Positions 17,730-27,629 are shown, counted from the first letter of the stretch. The stretch is DNA of 64,000 nucleotides from Candidatus Bathyarchaeota archaeon (GCA_018396655.1 JAGTQF010000001.1:63844-127843); one strand, 5' to 3'. A program made the numbers and translations. The notes: generated by a model not told the origin, from the letters alone.

Positions 17730-18938
17730 ATGGAACACTTAAATTCGAGAAAAATCGCTCTCATAGCCATATTTGCAGCATTATATTATGCGATGTCCTA
17801 TCTTCCAGGTATACCGGCTATAGGCGCTCCGAAGGTTAAGATACAATTAGAAGCTTTTATGGCATCAATTTTCGGCTTAATCTTAGGCCCATATCTTGGG
17901 GCTCTAACAGCATTTTTAAGTGGTTTCGTCGCGTGGGTCCTTCCACCCGGAAGTCCTGGGCCAATTGGTCTCGTAATGCTACCAGCTATGGTGATAAATG
18001 CTCTGGTGACAGGTTTAATTTATAACGGAAGGTGGAAAAGCGCTTCCATGCTTCTATCACTGTTAATTATATTCTTTTGGCTTCTGCCTCCATCACATCC
18101 TATCGAACAGAATTTTCTTGTTGGCATTGCGGCGACATGGGATAAGATTTTAGCATTACTCTTGATGGTGCCAACCGCCCATTTGATGAAGAGAATTTCT
18201 CATCCTGAGAGTTCAACTACAATCCATGAAAAGGTGAAAAAATTTAATTGGGCTTCTTTTTTATCTCTAGTCTCCGCAATACTTGTGTTAGTTAATGCTT
18301 ACATGATATCTACTGGAGGAAATGTCTTAAGGCTTGAATATCAGCTCGGAAGTGATACTTATAGGATAACTTTTGGCTCCAAGGATTACATAGCATACTA
18401 TGTCCCTCCATTTGGGTATTTATGGCTTTTAACTGGCATTGGTATACTGACTGGGGCGATATTGCTCCATATTAAGCCAGACCATAATACTCTTTGGAGT
18501 ATTCTTATTCTAGTGGCTTCCGGTCTCTCATCAGTTATAGGTGGAGGTTTTATCGCTGGTCTTATTCTCGGAGCCTTAGGGGGATTATTGGGCTTTTTTA
18601 AGGCAAAAGTTCATTTTCAAAGATTGAAGCCACTAAATATCGAAGTACTTACGTTTTTCCTCTTGGCATACATTGGCATCCAAGCTGATAATGCTTGGGG
18701 GAATTTCGTCTACGCTATTCCAATTATTCATGATGAAATATTTGCGATGACTTTAGAAGCGGTTAGAGCGAGTTTCCTAATCAGCCCCTTCTCATACTTT
18801 ATTATGAGAGTTATACAAGCCATATTTGCAGCATTAGTCGCCTCACCACTAATTAATAATCTTAGAGCAGCCGGATTCATGATTCCGCTGAAAACCCCGA
18901 AGATACCAGCTAGTATACAAAATAAATCCATCACGTAA
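17730..18938 (+). CDS. polytopic membrane protein; the N-terminal part resembles an ECF-transporter S component
   Basis: 402 aa with 10 or more hydrophobic spans. The N-terminal segment IALIAIFAALYYAMSYLPGIP...FMASIFGLILGPYLGALTAFLSGF resembles S-component-type substrate-capture proteins. The C-terminal half is not recognised. Confidence 0.45.
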   Translation: MEHLNSRKIALIAIFAALYYAMSYLPGIPAIGAPKVKIQLEAFMASIFGLILGPYLGALTAFLSGFVAWVLPPGSPGPIGLVMLPAMVINALVTGLIYNGRWKSASMLLSLLIIFFWLLPPSHPIEQNFLVGIAATWDKILALLLMVPTAHLMKRISHPESSTTIHEKVKKFNWASFLSLVSAILVLVNAYMISTGGNVLRLEYQLGSDTYRITFGSKDYIAYYVPPFGYLWLLTGIGILTGAILLHIKPDHNTLWSILILVASGLSSVIGGGFIAGLILGALGGLLGFFKAKVHFQRLKPLNIEVLTFFLLAYIGIQADNAWGNFVYAIPIIHDEIFAMTLEAVRASFLISPFSYFIMRVIQAIFAALVASPLINNLRAAGFMIPLKTPKIPASIQNKSIT

Positions 18939-18973
18939 AAAAGAAAGAAGTGTTGGTTGTTCTATCTTTCATT

Positions 18974-20452
18974 TTATGGTTCAAGTGTTATATAAGCATA
19001 AACACCGTTCATTTCAGCATCAATTTTGAATGCCACAATGTTATTGTAATTGTTTAATTCTATCGTGTTCCAGCTTGGCGCAAGTTTTACATCCTCGAAC
19101 TCATTGTAGTTTGCTGAGCCTATTATGTAATGTGCTATATGCATTATTGTTTCTTCTGGAACCCTTACCTTCAGTTTCTTCTCCGTGAACCCCCTCAGTG
19201 GAATTCCACCAACCCAGCCGTTTAAGCCCATCCCCAATCTATAGATACCATCTAATACGCCTATTCTGACTCCACTCATTGGCTTGCCTAAAACCGCTCT
19301 CGGCTCAAGCATGAATATTGTTCCCCTATTGGTTCTCCACGTTAACATCGGCTCATGATTTACGCATGACGCATAAAAGTAGAGATATTCGCCATCAAAT
19401 GCCATTCCCGACATATAGAAGACGTGCATAATTATTTGCGGAACCGACGAATCAAATCTTAACAGAACTGGCGTGCTCAATGAGTCGTCAACATGCGCTT
19501 CCCCCGTGTTTACTGGTATTAATGCCGAGCCATTTATAGATACAGGTCTTTGCGCTCTTGCGCCAGACCGGGTCCACTGTCTCTCAAGCTTATAGCATGC
19601 AAAAAATGGAAAGCCAAGAAGTCTCCTAGTTGAATTTGCCCTCCAATCCCGTACGACAATTATCGCCGGACCCTGAACTAAATATGCGAGTCCACCAACC
19701 CTAAACGCCGCTCCACTAAACACTATTGGAATCTCCCATACTGACCCATCAAATGCTGGGATCGAGTTTAAGACTTCATATTGATTTGATTGTGGATTAT
19801 AAGAGAACAACGCATTACTATGCCAGCTATTAGTTAATATTTGATCATGAAGTATGACCATTTTGTAAGCATTGCCGAAGAACATCTGCTCCATTTCATA
19901 TGTAGATAAATTAAACATGTAGAGACCTTGATCTCCACCCCAGTTAACATCTCCCCTAGCAACCCACAAAACATCCTTTTTTGGGTCGTAAAGTAAGTCT
20001 GTTACCTCAGCATACCAGTAATGCGGCTTTATTTTCTCATCCCACCTCTTTATCCACTGAAGCTGAACATTCCCATTCTCATCTATGACGTGTATGTGGC
20101 TGAATTTTCCTCTCCGATCGGCTTCCTCAAATTGCTGTTTATCTGGGTTCCTATATGTTGGGGCCTCACCCCATCCGCCGAAAAACACTCTATCTCTAGA
20201 GGTTTCTATTGCACCATGCGTATCGCCGCCCACGCGGGGTTCGGGTCCACATTTCTCATATTTATATGTGAGTTCGCCGCTAATGTAGAGTTCAGCGCAT
20301 GTTCCATCATGAAATATTAGTTCCCTTAGCTTTGGATGTATTGCTAAGTAGCCGTGGCCGCCTGCAGCCGTTATTCCAACGCAGAGTCCCGGTACCAGGG
20401 GAATCTGATTTTTGATATCTTTATGTTGAGAATCCATTTTTATCATCCTCAA
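18974..20452 (-). CDS. hypothetical protein (beta-rich, no recognised domain)
   Basis: 492-aa intact ORF, rich in W, G, Y and N, consistent with a beta-propeller or beta-sandwich. No signal peptide and no catalytic motif that I can name. Confidence 0.5.
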   Translation of the reverse strand: MRMIKMDSQHKDIKNQIPLVPGLCVGITAAGGHGYLAIHPKLRELIFHDGTCAELYISGELTYKYEKCGPEPRVGGDTHGAIETSRDRVFFGGWGEAPTYRNPDKQQFEEADRRGKFSHIHVIDENGNVQLQWIKRWDEKIKPHYWYAEVTDLLYDPKKDVLWVARGDVNWGGDQGLYMFNLSTYEMEQMFFGNAYKMVILHDQILTNSWHSNALFSYNPQSNQYEVLNSIPAFDGSVWEIPIVFSGAAFRVGGLAYLVQGPAIIVVRDWRANSTRRLLGFPFFACYKLERQWTRSGARAQRPVSINGSALIPVNTGEAHVDDSLSTPVLLRFDSSVPQIIMHVFYMSGMAFDGEYLYFYASCVNHEPMLTWRTNRGTIFMLEPRAVLGKPMSGVRIGVLDGIYRLGMGLNGWVGGIPLRGFTEKKLKVRVPEETIMHIAHYIIGSANYNEFEDVKLAPSWNTIELNNYNNIVAFKIDAEMNGVYAYITLEP

Positions 20453-20518
20453 AATATCTTAAGGGTTTCAAGCAAATATATAAAAGTGAAATCATTATAG
20501 TTATGGTGGTGACGGGTT

Positions 20519-21370
20519 TTGGAGAAGCGAAGATATGGTAAGTCTAATATTGACCTTTCGGTTGTTGGTTTTGGCGGAATTGTTGTCATGAATGAAGCTC
20601 AGGAGGTAGCTAACCGTATGGTTGCGGAGGCGATTGAGAGGGGCATAAATTACTTTGATGTGGCACCAAGCTATGGTAATGCTGAGGAACGCTTGGGTCC
20701 AGCGCTTAAGCCATACCGTAATTCAGTCTTCCTTGCATGTAAAACTGCTAAGCGCACAAAGAGGGAGGCTTGGGAAGAGCTTCATCAGTCGCTTAAGCGC
20801 CTATGTACAGACTACTTTGACTTATATCAGCTGCATGCCGTTACAACAATTGATGAGGTTAACCAGATATTTAGCGATGGTGGAGCAATAGAGGCCCTTA
20901 TAGAGGCTAAAGAGCAGGGGATTGTCAAATATTTGGGTTTCTCAGCCCATAGTGAGGAGGTTGCGTTAGCTCTACTAGATAGATTCAATTTTGATAGTAT
21001 ACTCTTTCCAATAAATTGGGTATGCTGGTATCAGGGAAACTTTGGGCCCAAAGTTGTTGAAAAAGCCAGAGAGAAGGGTGTTGCAATATTAGCCCTAAAA
21101 ACTTTCGCTAAGAGAAAGTTAAGGGAAGATGAGAAAAGAAAATGGCCTAAGTGCTGGTATTATCCTGTTGAGAATTTCGAGGAGGCCCTTATGGCCGTTA
21201 GGTTTACGCTCTCTCTTCCAGTTACCGCAGCAGTCAGTCCAAGCCATGCAGAGCTATTATGGTGGATGTGTGATGCAGTAGAAATGTTTAGGCCCTTATC
21301 AAAAGAGGAGGAGCAGGAGTTAGCTGAGAGAAGTAAAGGACTGGAGCCAATCTTTCCAATAAAGCATTAG
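20519..21370 (+). CDS. aldo/keto reductase
   Basis: 283 aa. AKR landmarks are GINYFDVAPSYGNAEERLG, LYQLHA and KYLGFSAH. Confidence 0.85.
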   Translation: MEKRRYGKSNIDLSVVGFGGIVVMNEAQEVANRMVAEAIERGINYFDVAPSYGNAEERLGPALKPYRNSVFLACKTAKRTKREAWEELHQSLKRLCTDYFDLYQLHAVTTIDEVNQIFSDGGAIEALIEAKEQGIVKYLGFSAHSEEVALALLDRFNFDSILFPINWVCWYQGNFGPKVVEKAREKGVAILALKTFAKRKLREDEKRKWPKCWYYPVENFEEALMAVRFTLSLPVTAAVSPSHAELLWWMCDAVEMFRPLSKEEEQELAERSKGLEPIFPIKH

Positions 21371-21376
21371 CCCGGT

Positions 21377-22273
21377 CTACCAATATAGATTTAAGGCGCT
21401 GAGCTTATCCTTGAGCCTTGCCATTTCATCCGATTTTAGCGGCCTTAGTGGCTTTCTTGGTAATCCAGCTCTCACACCTCTTAATTCCATCGCGGCCTTT
21501 ATCGACGCTATGTTTGATGGTCCACCAGTATAGAGTATTCTTCTTAATGCATTCACCTTCCTCTGGAGTTCAAGCGCTCTCGTAATGTTATTCTCCTTAA
21601 ACGACTCGTATAATTCGACCATAAGCTCCGGAGCTGCATTAGCTACTCCGGATATTTCAGCGTTTGCTCCAACCAGTAGAGCTGCCAAAAGTATATCATC
21701 AGCACCATTTATGACAGTTATAGGTTTTGGCGCTGTCTCTATTATCTCTTGAAGCTGGCTTAAATTTCCACTTGAATCCTTTATCCCTACTATGCCCTCT
21801 ATTACACATAGTCTTCTGAAGATTTCAGGTGTGAGGTTAAAGCCCGTTATCTGTGGAATATTATAGGCAAATACGGGTATATGGGATGATTCGGCAATCA
21901 TCTGATAATGCATTATCAATCCCTCAATATCCGGCTTAAAAAAGTATGGTGTAATTGCTCCAACAGCTTTAGCACCAATCCTCTCAGCATGCTTAGCCAG
22001 CTCCACACACTCATTGGTATTTGTTGTGCCAACGTGAACTATCACCGGAACCTTACCGCTAGCTTCCTTAATAACGGTCTCAGCGACGGCTTTCCTCTGC
22101 TCAACACTCATTAAAGCTCCTTCCCCAACAGTTCCACAGACAAAAAATCCGTGAACTCCACCCTCAATCTGGAAGCGCACAACATCCCTAAGAGCCTCAA
22201 AATCCACATTTCCATCAGAATCAAATGGTGTAATAATGGCTGGAAATATACCCTCAAAAAGCGGTTTGCCCAT
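21377..22273 (-). CDS. DapA/DHDPS-family class I aldolase (4-hydroxy-tetrahydrodipicolinate synthase or KDG-aldolase type)
   Basis: 298 aa. Landmarks are GTVGEG, FAYNIPQITG and IVGIKDSSG (Schiff-base Lys context). The subfamily cannot be resolved by eye. Confidence 0.8.
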   Translation of the reverse strand: MGKPLFEGIFPAIITPFDSDGNVDFEALRDVVRFQIEGGVHGFFVCGTVGEGALMSVEQRKAVAETVIKEASGKVPVIVHVGTTNTNECVELAKHAERIGAKAVGAITPYFFKPDIEGLIMHYQMIAESSHIPVFAYNIPQITGFNLTPEIFRRLCVIEGIVGIKDSSGNLSQLQEIIETAPKPITVINGADDILLAALLVGANAEISGVANAAPELMVELYESFKENNITRALELQRKVNALRRILYTGGPSNIASIKAAMELRGVRAGLPRKPLRPLKSDEMARLKDKLSALNLYW

Positions 22274-22397
22274 TAATTGGCCTCCTTAAAGACTATGTCT
22301 ATTACTATACAGGAGATGGCAATATTTAATGCTTATTAATAACCACCAAAAAGATTAATAGAGAAAAAGTAACGTAGACTAAATAGTGAAATGAATA

Positions 22398-22475
22398 GCG
22401 GCCGTCGTCTAGCCTGGTCTAGGACATCGGCCTGCCACGCCGGTAACCCGGGTTCAAATCCCGGCGGCCGCACCA
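22398..22475 (+). tRNA. tRNA-Gly (anticodon GCC), intron-less, with CCA encoded
   Basis: Manual cloverleaf: GCGGCCG-TC-GTCT-AGCCTGGTCTA-GGAC-A-TCGGC-CTGCCAC-GCCGG-TAAC-CCGGG-TTCAAAT-CCCGG-CGGCCGC-A-CCA. Confidence 0.9.
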
Positions 22476-22624
22476 AGAGTTTCTTCTAAAATCATTATGA
22501 GCCATCTTATGAGTTTCGAAATGGGATGCAGGCTTAAAGACCTTAGGTCTCCAAGAGTCAGGTTGAAGCTAACCTTAATTTTGCTGTATGCTTATATCTT
22601 TATTATTGTGTGGGGTGCTAGAGG

Positions 22625-25021
22625 TTGTCGGTTTATCGTTTCTGGCTGCTGGACATAAATTATGTTGTTAAGGGGCATCAGCCTGAGGTTTGGCTTTGGG
22701 GTATGGGAAGTGATGGGAAGAATGTTCTGATCATAGATAGAGGTTTCTTATCATACTTTTATGTTATCCCATCCTCTGGCGAAGATGTTGAAAGATTGGC
22801 TGAGAGAATAGCGCGGCTAAAGGCTAATCTATCTTTTATGGCCGGACTGGAGGTTGTTGAACGTAGGCTTTTCGGCAAACCGGTGAAGGCTATAAAAATC
22901 TACTGCCAGGACCCGGATTTGATATCTGAGTATGTGAAGGTTGTTTTGAAGGTTAGGGGCGTTGAGAGCTGCCTAGAAGATGATTTAAGGTATTCAATGC
23001 GGTATCTTCTCGACAATAATGTTGTTCCATGCGGCTGGCATGAGATTGAAGCCGAAGAGATACCTAACACAATAGGCGTTCAAGTTGATAAAGTGTTGCT
23101 GGCAAAATCTAGGCCTAAATATCTTCCAGACATTCTTGAGATACCTAAACTAAGGATTTTGAGCTTCTCAATGGTGTGCTATAGCCCTAAAGGCGCTCCA
23201 AAACCTGAGAGAAATCCGGTCGTTATCATCTCGGTGGTAACTAATGAGGGTGATGAAAGGCAGTTTGTGGCTGAATCCTCTGAAGGCGATTATAATATTG
23301 TCAGGGATTTTATTGATTATGTGAGGAGGTTTAACCCAGATATAATTGTAGGCTTTGAGAGTAATCGAAGAGACATACCCTATTTGCTGGTGAGAGCGAA
23401 GAAGAATGGGTTAGCGCTTAAGATTGATAGGGCTAATACTGAGCCGCATACGAGCACATATGGTCATATGTCTGTGACTGGTAGAGCAAACATAGATATA
23501 TTTGATTATGCGGATGAGTTCCCAGAAGTTAAAGTTAAGACCCTAGAAAACATTGCCGACTATTTAGGCGTCATGAGAATTAAGGAGAGAACAATAATCG
23601 AGGATGTTGATGTCGCCCAATACTGGGAGGACCCTGCTAAGAGACCAATTCTACTAAGGTTCTCTATGGATAATGCGAGATGTATAATGGGTATAGCTGA
23701 AGCCATATTAGACTTCGCTATCCAGCTCTCAAGCCTAGTGGGCCTACCCCTAGACCATATTGGCACCGCGGCTGTGGGCTTTAGGGTTGAGTGGTTTTTG
23801 ATGCGCCATGCGTGTCAAATGGGTGAGCTAATACCAAAAAGGGTTGAGAGACCCTATGTTCCATATGCTGGGGCAATAGTTCTTGAGCCTAAGCCTGGAA
23901 TACATGAAAATATTGCGGTCTTAGATTTTAAGTCCATGTATCCGAATATAATGATTGCCTACAATGTTTCACCTGACACATATTTATCTCCAGAAGAGCC
24001 AGACCCACCTTCCGGGGTCTATGTCGCACCGGAAGTTAACCATAGGTTTAGAAAGGAGCCCTCTGGCTTCTATCGCGAGGTTCTCTTAAGGCTCATTAAG
24101 GCTAGAGATTACATTAGGGTTGAGCTCAAAAAGTTTAGGCCTGGAAGCCCGGAGTATAAATTGCTTGATGCACGTCAGAAGGCTATTAAGGTTATTACTA
24201 ATGCGACTTATGGTTATGCTGGATGGATAGGTGCTAGATGGTATATTAAGCCTGTCGCTGAGGCTGTTACCGCGTGGGGCAGATACACGATTACAAATAC
24301 TATTAAGATGGCCAGGAGCCTTGGTTTAGAAGTTGTTTATGGCGATACTGACAGCATTTTCATAAGGTATGAGCCTAGTAAAGTTGAGAAACTATCTAAG
24401 ATGATTGAGGAGAGTTTGGGTTTAGAGATAAAGCCGGATAAAATCTATACACGAATACTTTTTACTGAAGCTAAGAAGCGTTACTGTGGGCTTATGCCGG
24501 ATGGAACACTTGATATCGTTGGTTTAGAGGTTGTTCGAGGTGACTGGGCTAATGTCGCCAAGAATATTCAGGAGAAAGTTCTTGAGATAGTCTTGAAGGA
24601 GCAGTCAGCCAGAAAGGCTGTTGAGTATGTGCGCAAGTACATAGCGGACCTTAGAGATAGAAGGGTTCCATATAGGGATTTGGTTATATGGAAGTCTCTG
24701 GCGAAGTCCCTTGAGGAGTATGAGGTTAGAGCACCGCATGTTGAGGCTGCTAAGATGCTTCAGAAGGAGGGCTGGGTGCTGGCTGCTGGTGATAAAATAG
24801 GATACGTTATAACTATAGGCTCCGGGAAACTCTATGAACGGGCTAAGCCCTACACCTTAGCATCATATGATGAGGTTGACATAGAATATTACGTGACAAA
24901 CCAGGTTATTCCAGCAGCCCTAAGAATACTTTCCCTCTTTGGCGTTAGGGAGGAGGAGCTTTTATCCCCGAAGTCGGCTAAACCTCAAAGCCTTCTAGAC
25001 TTCTTTGGTAGGGACAAGTAA
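22625..25021 (+). CDS. polB: family B DNA polymerase (polymerase motifs intact, exonuclease motifs substituted)
   Basis: 798 aa, collinear with Thermococcales PolB. Motif A is LDFKSMYPNIMIAYNVSPDT, motif B is KVITNATYGYAG and motif C is VVYGDTDSIF. Exo I reads FSMV instead of FDIE, and Exo III reads FSMDN instead of YSMED. The start is TTG. Confidence 0.9.
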   Translation: MSVYRFWLLDINYVVKGHQPEVWLWGMGSDGKNVLIIDRGFLSYFYVIPSSGEDVERLAERIARLKANLSFMAGLEVVERRLFGKPVKAIKIYCQDPDLISEYVKVVLKVRGVESCLEDDLRYSMRYLLDNNVVPCGWHEIEAEEIPNTIGVQVDKVLLAKSRPKYLPDILEIPKLRILSFSMVCYSPKGAPKPERNPVVIISVVTNEGDERQFVAESSEGDYNIVRDFIDYVRRFNPDIIVGFESNRRDIPYLLVRAKKNGLALKIDRANTEPHTSTYGHMSVTGRANIDIFDYADEFPEVKVKTLENIADYLGVMRIKERTIIEDVDVAQYWEDPAKRPILLRFSMDNARCIMGIAEAILDFAIQLSSLVGLPLDHIGTAAVGFRVEWFLMRHACQMGELIPKRVERPYVPYAGAIVLEPKPGIHENIAVLDFKSMYPNIMIAYNVSPDTYLSPEEPDPPSGVYVAPEVNHRFRKEPSGFYREVLLRLIKARDYIRVELKKFRPGSPEYKLLDARQKAIKVITNATYGYAGWIGARWYIKPVAEAVTAWGRYTITNTIKMARSLGLEVVYGDTDSIFIRYEPSKVEKLSKMIEESLGLEIKPDKIYTRILFTEAKKRYCGLMPDGTLDIVGLEVVRGDWANVAKNIQEKVLEIVLKEQSARKAVEYVRKYIADLRDRRVPYRDLVIWKSLAKSLEEYEVRAPHVEAAKMLQKEGWVLAAGDKIGYVITIGSGKLYERAKPYTLASYDEVDIEYYVTNQVIPAALRILSLFGVREEELLSPKSAKPQSLLDFFGRDK

Positions 25022-25041
25022 AGCTCTGGCTGTCTCCCCAC

Positions 25042-26181
25042 CTATTCAAGTATATCATCAAATGTAAGTAGATTGACACTTAAGGGCTGCTTAACAACCT
25101 CAGATATTCTGGCCGCAACAAGATACTTGATATTCTTCTCGCTTGCTATGTCAACGAGCCTCTGCGTTATTATTCCATCGAAGACAACGGTGTTTACGCC
25201 CTCAAACTCCCTCAGTCTATCAGCCAGTTCACTAACCGGTAGCTTAGCTATCTGCTCCATCTTATCATCGAAGAGTATGGCTTCTAATGTTCCCTTGAGG
25301 CTCTCAGCCGCCTCAACGATGTTTTTTGGGACGAGAATTTTTTTGCGCCTCTTCTTTCGCTCAGAAATCTCCTCAACTGGAACCTTATTTCTTAATGCTT
25401 CCTCAATCTCTTTGGCTGTTAAATCTTCAACCTCCTTACCCCTAGGAGCCCTAGCCACATATTTTATGTTGGCAACTTGAAGGAGTTCTTTGAGAATTAG
25501 GTCTCCCCCATGGTCTCCATCTAGGAATGCGGTTGCCTCCTTCTCTCTAGTCAGTTTGATTACTGTCTCCGGTATTCTTACACCCTCCAGCGCTATAACG
25601 TTGTAAATGCCGTGCTTAACTAGGTTTATCACGTCAGCTCTACCCTCGACAATAATAATTTCCTTGGCTGAATCAACCTCTGGTCCAGCCGGAAGCTTCT
25701 CCGGTCCATACTCTCTAATCTTAGCCATCTTAAGTATCTCTGAAACCTCACGGAATATCTCCTCAGTCTCCGGTATGGTCTCCAGACTCCATTTGTGGAG
25801 TATCTCTTTAGCCCTTTCGATTATTGCCTTTCTCTTAGTCTCCCTAACATCCTCGATTCTCTCCAGGGTTACGCGAGCTGAGCAGGGGCCGACCCTATCT
25901 ATACTCTCGACGCTAGCGGCTATTATTGCTGTTGAGACTTTATCTAAACTAGTTGGTATAATGATTGTTCCAGTAGTCTTATTATCCCTCTGAGATGATA
26001 TCTCAACCTCTATCCTGCCAATTCTCCCAGTCTTCTGAAGCTCCCTCAAATCAAATTCGGTTCCAAAGAGCCCCTCAGTTTGGCCAAAAACAGCGCCTAT
26101 TACATCTGGCTTCTCAACTATTCCATCGACCTCAAACTTTGCCTTAATCACGTATTTAACCGCAAATGACTGTGAAGTCAT
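25042..26181 (-). CDS. dnaG: archaeal DnaG-type Toprim protein (primase homolog, exosome-associated)
   Basis: 379 aa. The characteristic N-terminus is KYVIKAKFEVDGIVEKPDVIGAVFGQTEGLFG. The Toprim core is IIIVEGRADVINL...FLDGDHGGDLI. Confidence 0.85.
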   Translation of the reverse strand: MTSQSFAVKYVIKAKFEVDGIVEKPDVIGAVFGQTEGLFGTEFDLRELQKTGRIGRIEVEISSQRDNKTTGTIIIPTSLDKVSTAIIAASVESIDRVGPCSARVTLERIEDVRETKRKAIIERAKEILHKWSLETIPETEEIFREVSEILKMAKIREYGPEKLPAGPEVDSAKEIIIVEGRADVINLVKHGIYNVIALEGVRIPETVIKLTREKEATAFLDGDHGGDLILKELLQVANIKYVARAPRGKEVEDLTAKEIEEALRNKVPVEEISERKKRRKKILVPKNIVEAAESLKGTLEAILFDDKMEQIAKLPVSELADRLREFEGVNTVVFDGIITQRLVDIASEKNIKYLVAARISEVVKQPLSVNLLTFDDILE

Positions 26182-26323
26182 AAACCACCATTCTCCTCAA
26201 ACGACGGTATCAGGATGCACAGCCACAACTTTAACTCCACTAAAATATTTTTTCTCTAACATATATCTTTAACTTAAGCGATAGATTAAACATGCCCTTA
26301 AAACAAGCTTAATCAAAGTAGAA

Positions 26324-26734
26324 TTAAAGACGAGCTTTCCTCTTAAGGTTCTCAATGTAGGTTGCTAACCCCTCTACGTCCTTTAAATCATTCCCTAAGA
26401 GACTACATAATTTTCTCCAGAATTCAATGTTAAGTTTAACTTTGCTCCTCTCGAGATTTCTGGCTAGGCGCTCAGTTAACTCTCTACCATGCTCATCAAA
26501 GTCCATTAGGAGTATAATTTCTCTATCACCAATCGACTCAATCTTGTCTATAATATCTTGAAGGCTTTTACCATGAGATTTAACCGCCAATATATTGCTC
26601 TCAATACCTATGGCCTTAAGTGCTTCAATATCTCTCTCACCCTCAACAATCAATAGGGCTCCCGTGAAAGTCTCACCTTTTAAATCCTCAATTAAGCAGT
26701 TTATCTTCTCAATCTTTCGCTCAAGACTTGACAT
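26324..26734 (-). CDS. small Toprim-domain protein (COG1658 / RNase M5-like)
   Basis: Toprim motifs are LLIVEGERDIEALKAIG and LLMDFDEHGRELTERL. I prefer the ATG at 26734. The ORF track extends to a TTG at 26800, which would overlap the upstream gene by 41 nt. Confidence 0.7.
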   Translation of the reverse strand: MSSLERKIEKINCLIEDLKGETFTGALLIVEGERDIEALKAIGIESNILAVKSHGKSLQDIIDKIESIGDREIILLMDFDEHGRELTERLARNLERSKVKLNIEFWRKLCSLLGNDLKDVEGLATYIENLKRKARL

Positions 26735-26759
26735 AATCCTCTTTTCCCGCACTAAAACA

Positions 26760-27629
26760 TCATATTTTGTGTGAACCCAGTATTTTTCCTTTTCCACCAA
26801 ACCTAACTATCGCTATAGGCTTATGCTTCACGCTTTTAAGCATATTCAATGTAACGCCGGATAAATCAACCCCAAATCTCTCAGCCATATCCCAAACTGT
26901 TAAGCCGGCTCCAGAACCCATAGCCTTATTTACAGCCTCAGCTATATCCAATGCTAGGTTTATATCAATCTCAGCTCCAGCTAACGCTAAGGGTGTTGAC
27001 CTACGCTTAAGCCTAAGGGCTCTGCCTACAACGTACGCTATGAAACCAAATAACGTATATATTCCTTTTAGGGGTTTTGGTCGGTGGGTGAAGTGCAGAC
27101 CACCAATAGAATATGTTTTATCAGTATCAATAATCATAACGGCAATTCTTCTACCAGTCTTATTCTCGATATGCTGTTTAATCCGTTCGGCAATATTCTG
27201 CGGGTTTTTTAGTGGTAGGCTTACATATGCATAAGGAAGATTACTCCCATCTATGCCGCCCTCGGAACCCCACATTAGTGCATGAAGAAAACCAGCGTAT
27301 TTTAATGCAACCTCTTTATGGGCAGCTCCCTCCCTAACCGGGTATTTTCTAAGCCGCTCAATATTCTCTCTTTTAAGATGGCATATTCTTCCAAGAAAAT
27401 AACCCCATATTATTCTCATCCAAAATCTGGCAATCAAATATGCAAGTAAGCTAGGCTTAATCTTAGATTCATCAATCACTAAGCCCTCACATATTGATAG
27501 GGCTTTCTCTGAAACAACGATTAAGTCGCCATCTGAAATTCTACCATTAACGGCATTTAGTATCCTATCAAGATAACTGTCGCCGGGCATCCAGTAGTCA
27601 GTCTTGATGGCTTCAACCGAAAAGTCCAT
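26760..27629 (-). CDS. CofE-like (F420-0:gamma-glutamyl ligase family, COG1478) protein
   Basis: 289 aa. DGDLIVVSEKALSICEG, GGIDGSNLP and TGRRIAVMIIDTD align by eye with CofE-family landmarks. The actual substrate is unknown. Confidence 0.55.
   Translation of the reverse strand: MDFSVEAIKTDYWMPGDSYLDRILNAVNGRISDGDLIVVSEKALSICEGLVIDESKIKPSLLAYLIARFWMRIIWGYFLGRICHLKRENIERLRKYPVREGAAHKEVALKYAGFLHALMWGSEGGIDGSNLPYAYVSLPLKNPQNIAERIKQHIENKTGRRIAVMIIDTDKTYSIGGLHFTHRPKPLKGIYTLFGFIAYVVGRALRLKRRSTPLALAGAEIDINLALDIAEAVNKAMGSGAGLTVWDMAERFGVDLSGVTLNMLKSVKHKPIAIVRFGGKGKILGSHKI

Noticed and set aside
22476-26323. A replication origin (ORB or mini-ORB repeats) near the polB and dnaG genes.
   Set aside because: The intergenic regions 22476-22624 and 26182-26323 are short and show no repeated ORB-like elements. 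No orc1/cdc6 gene is present in the window.
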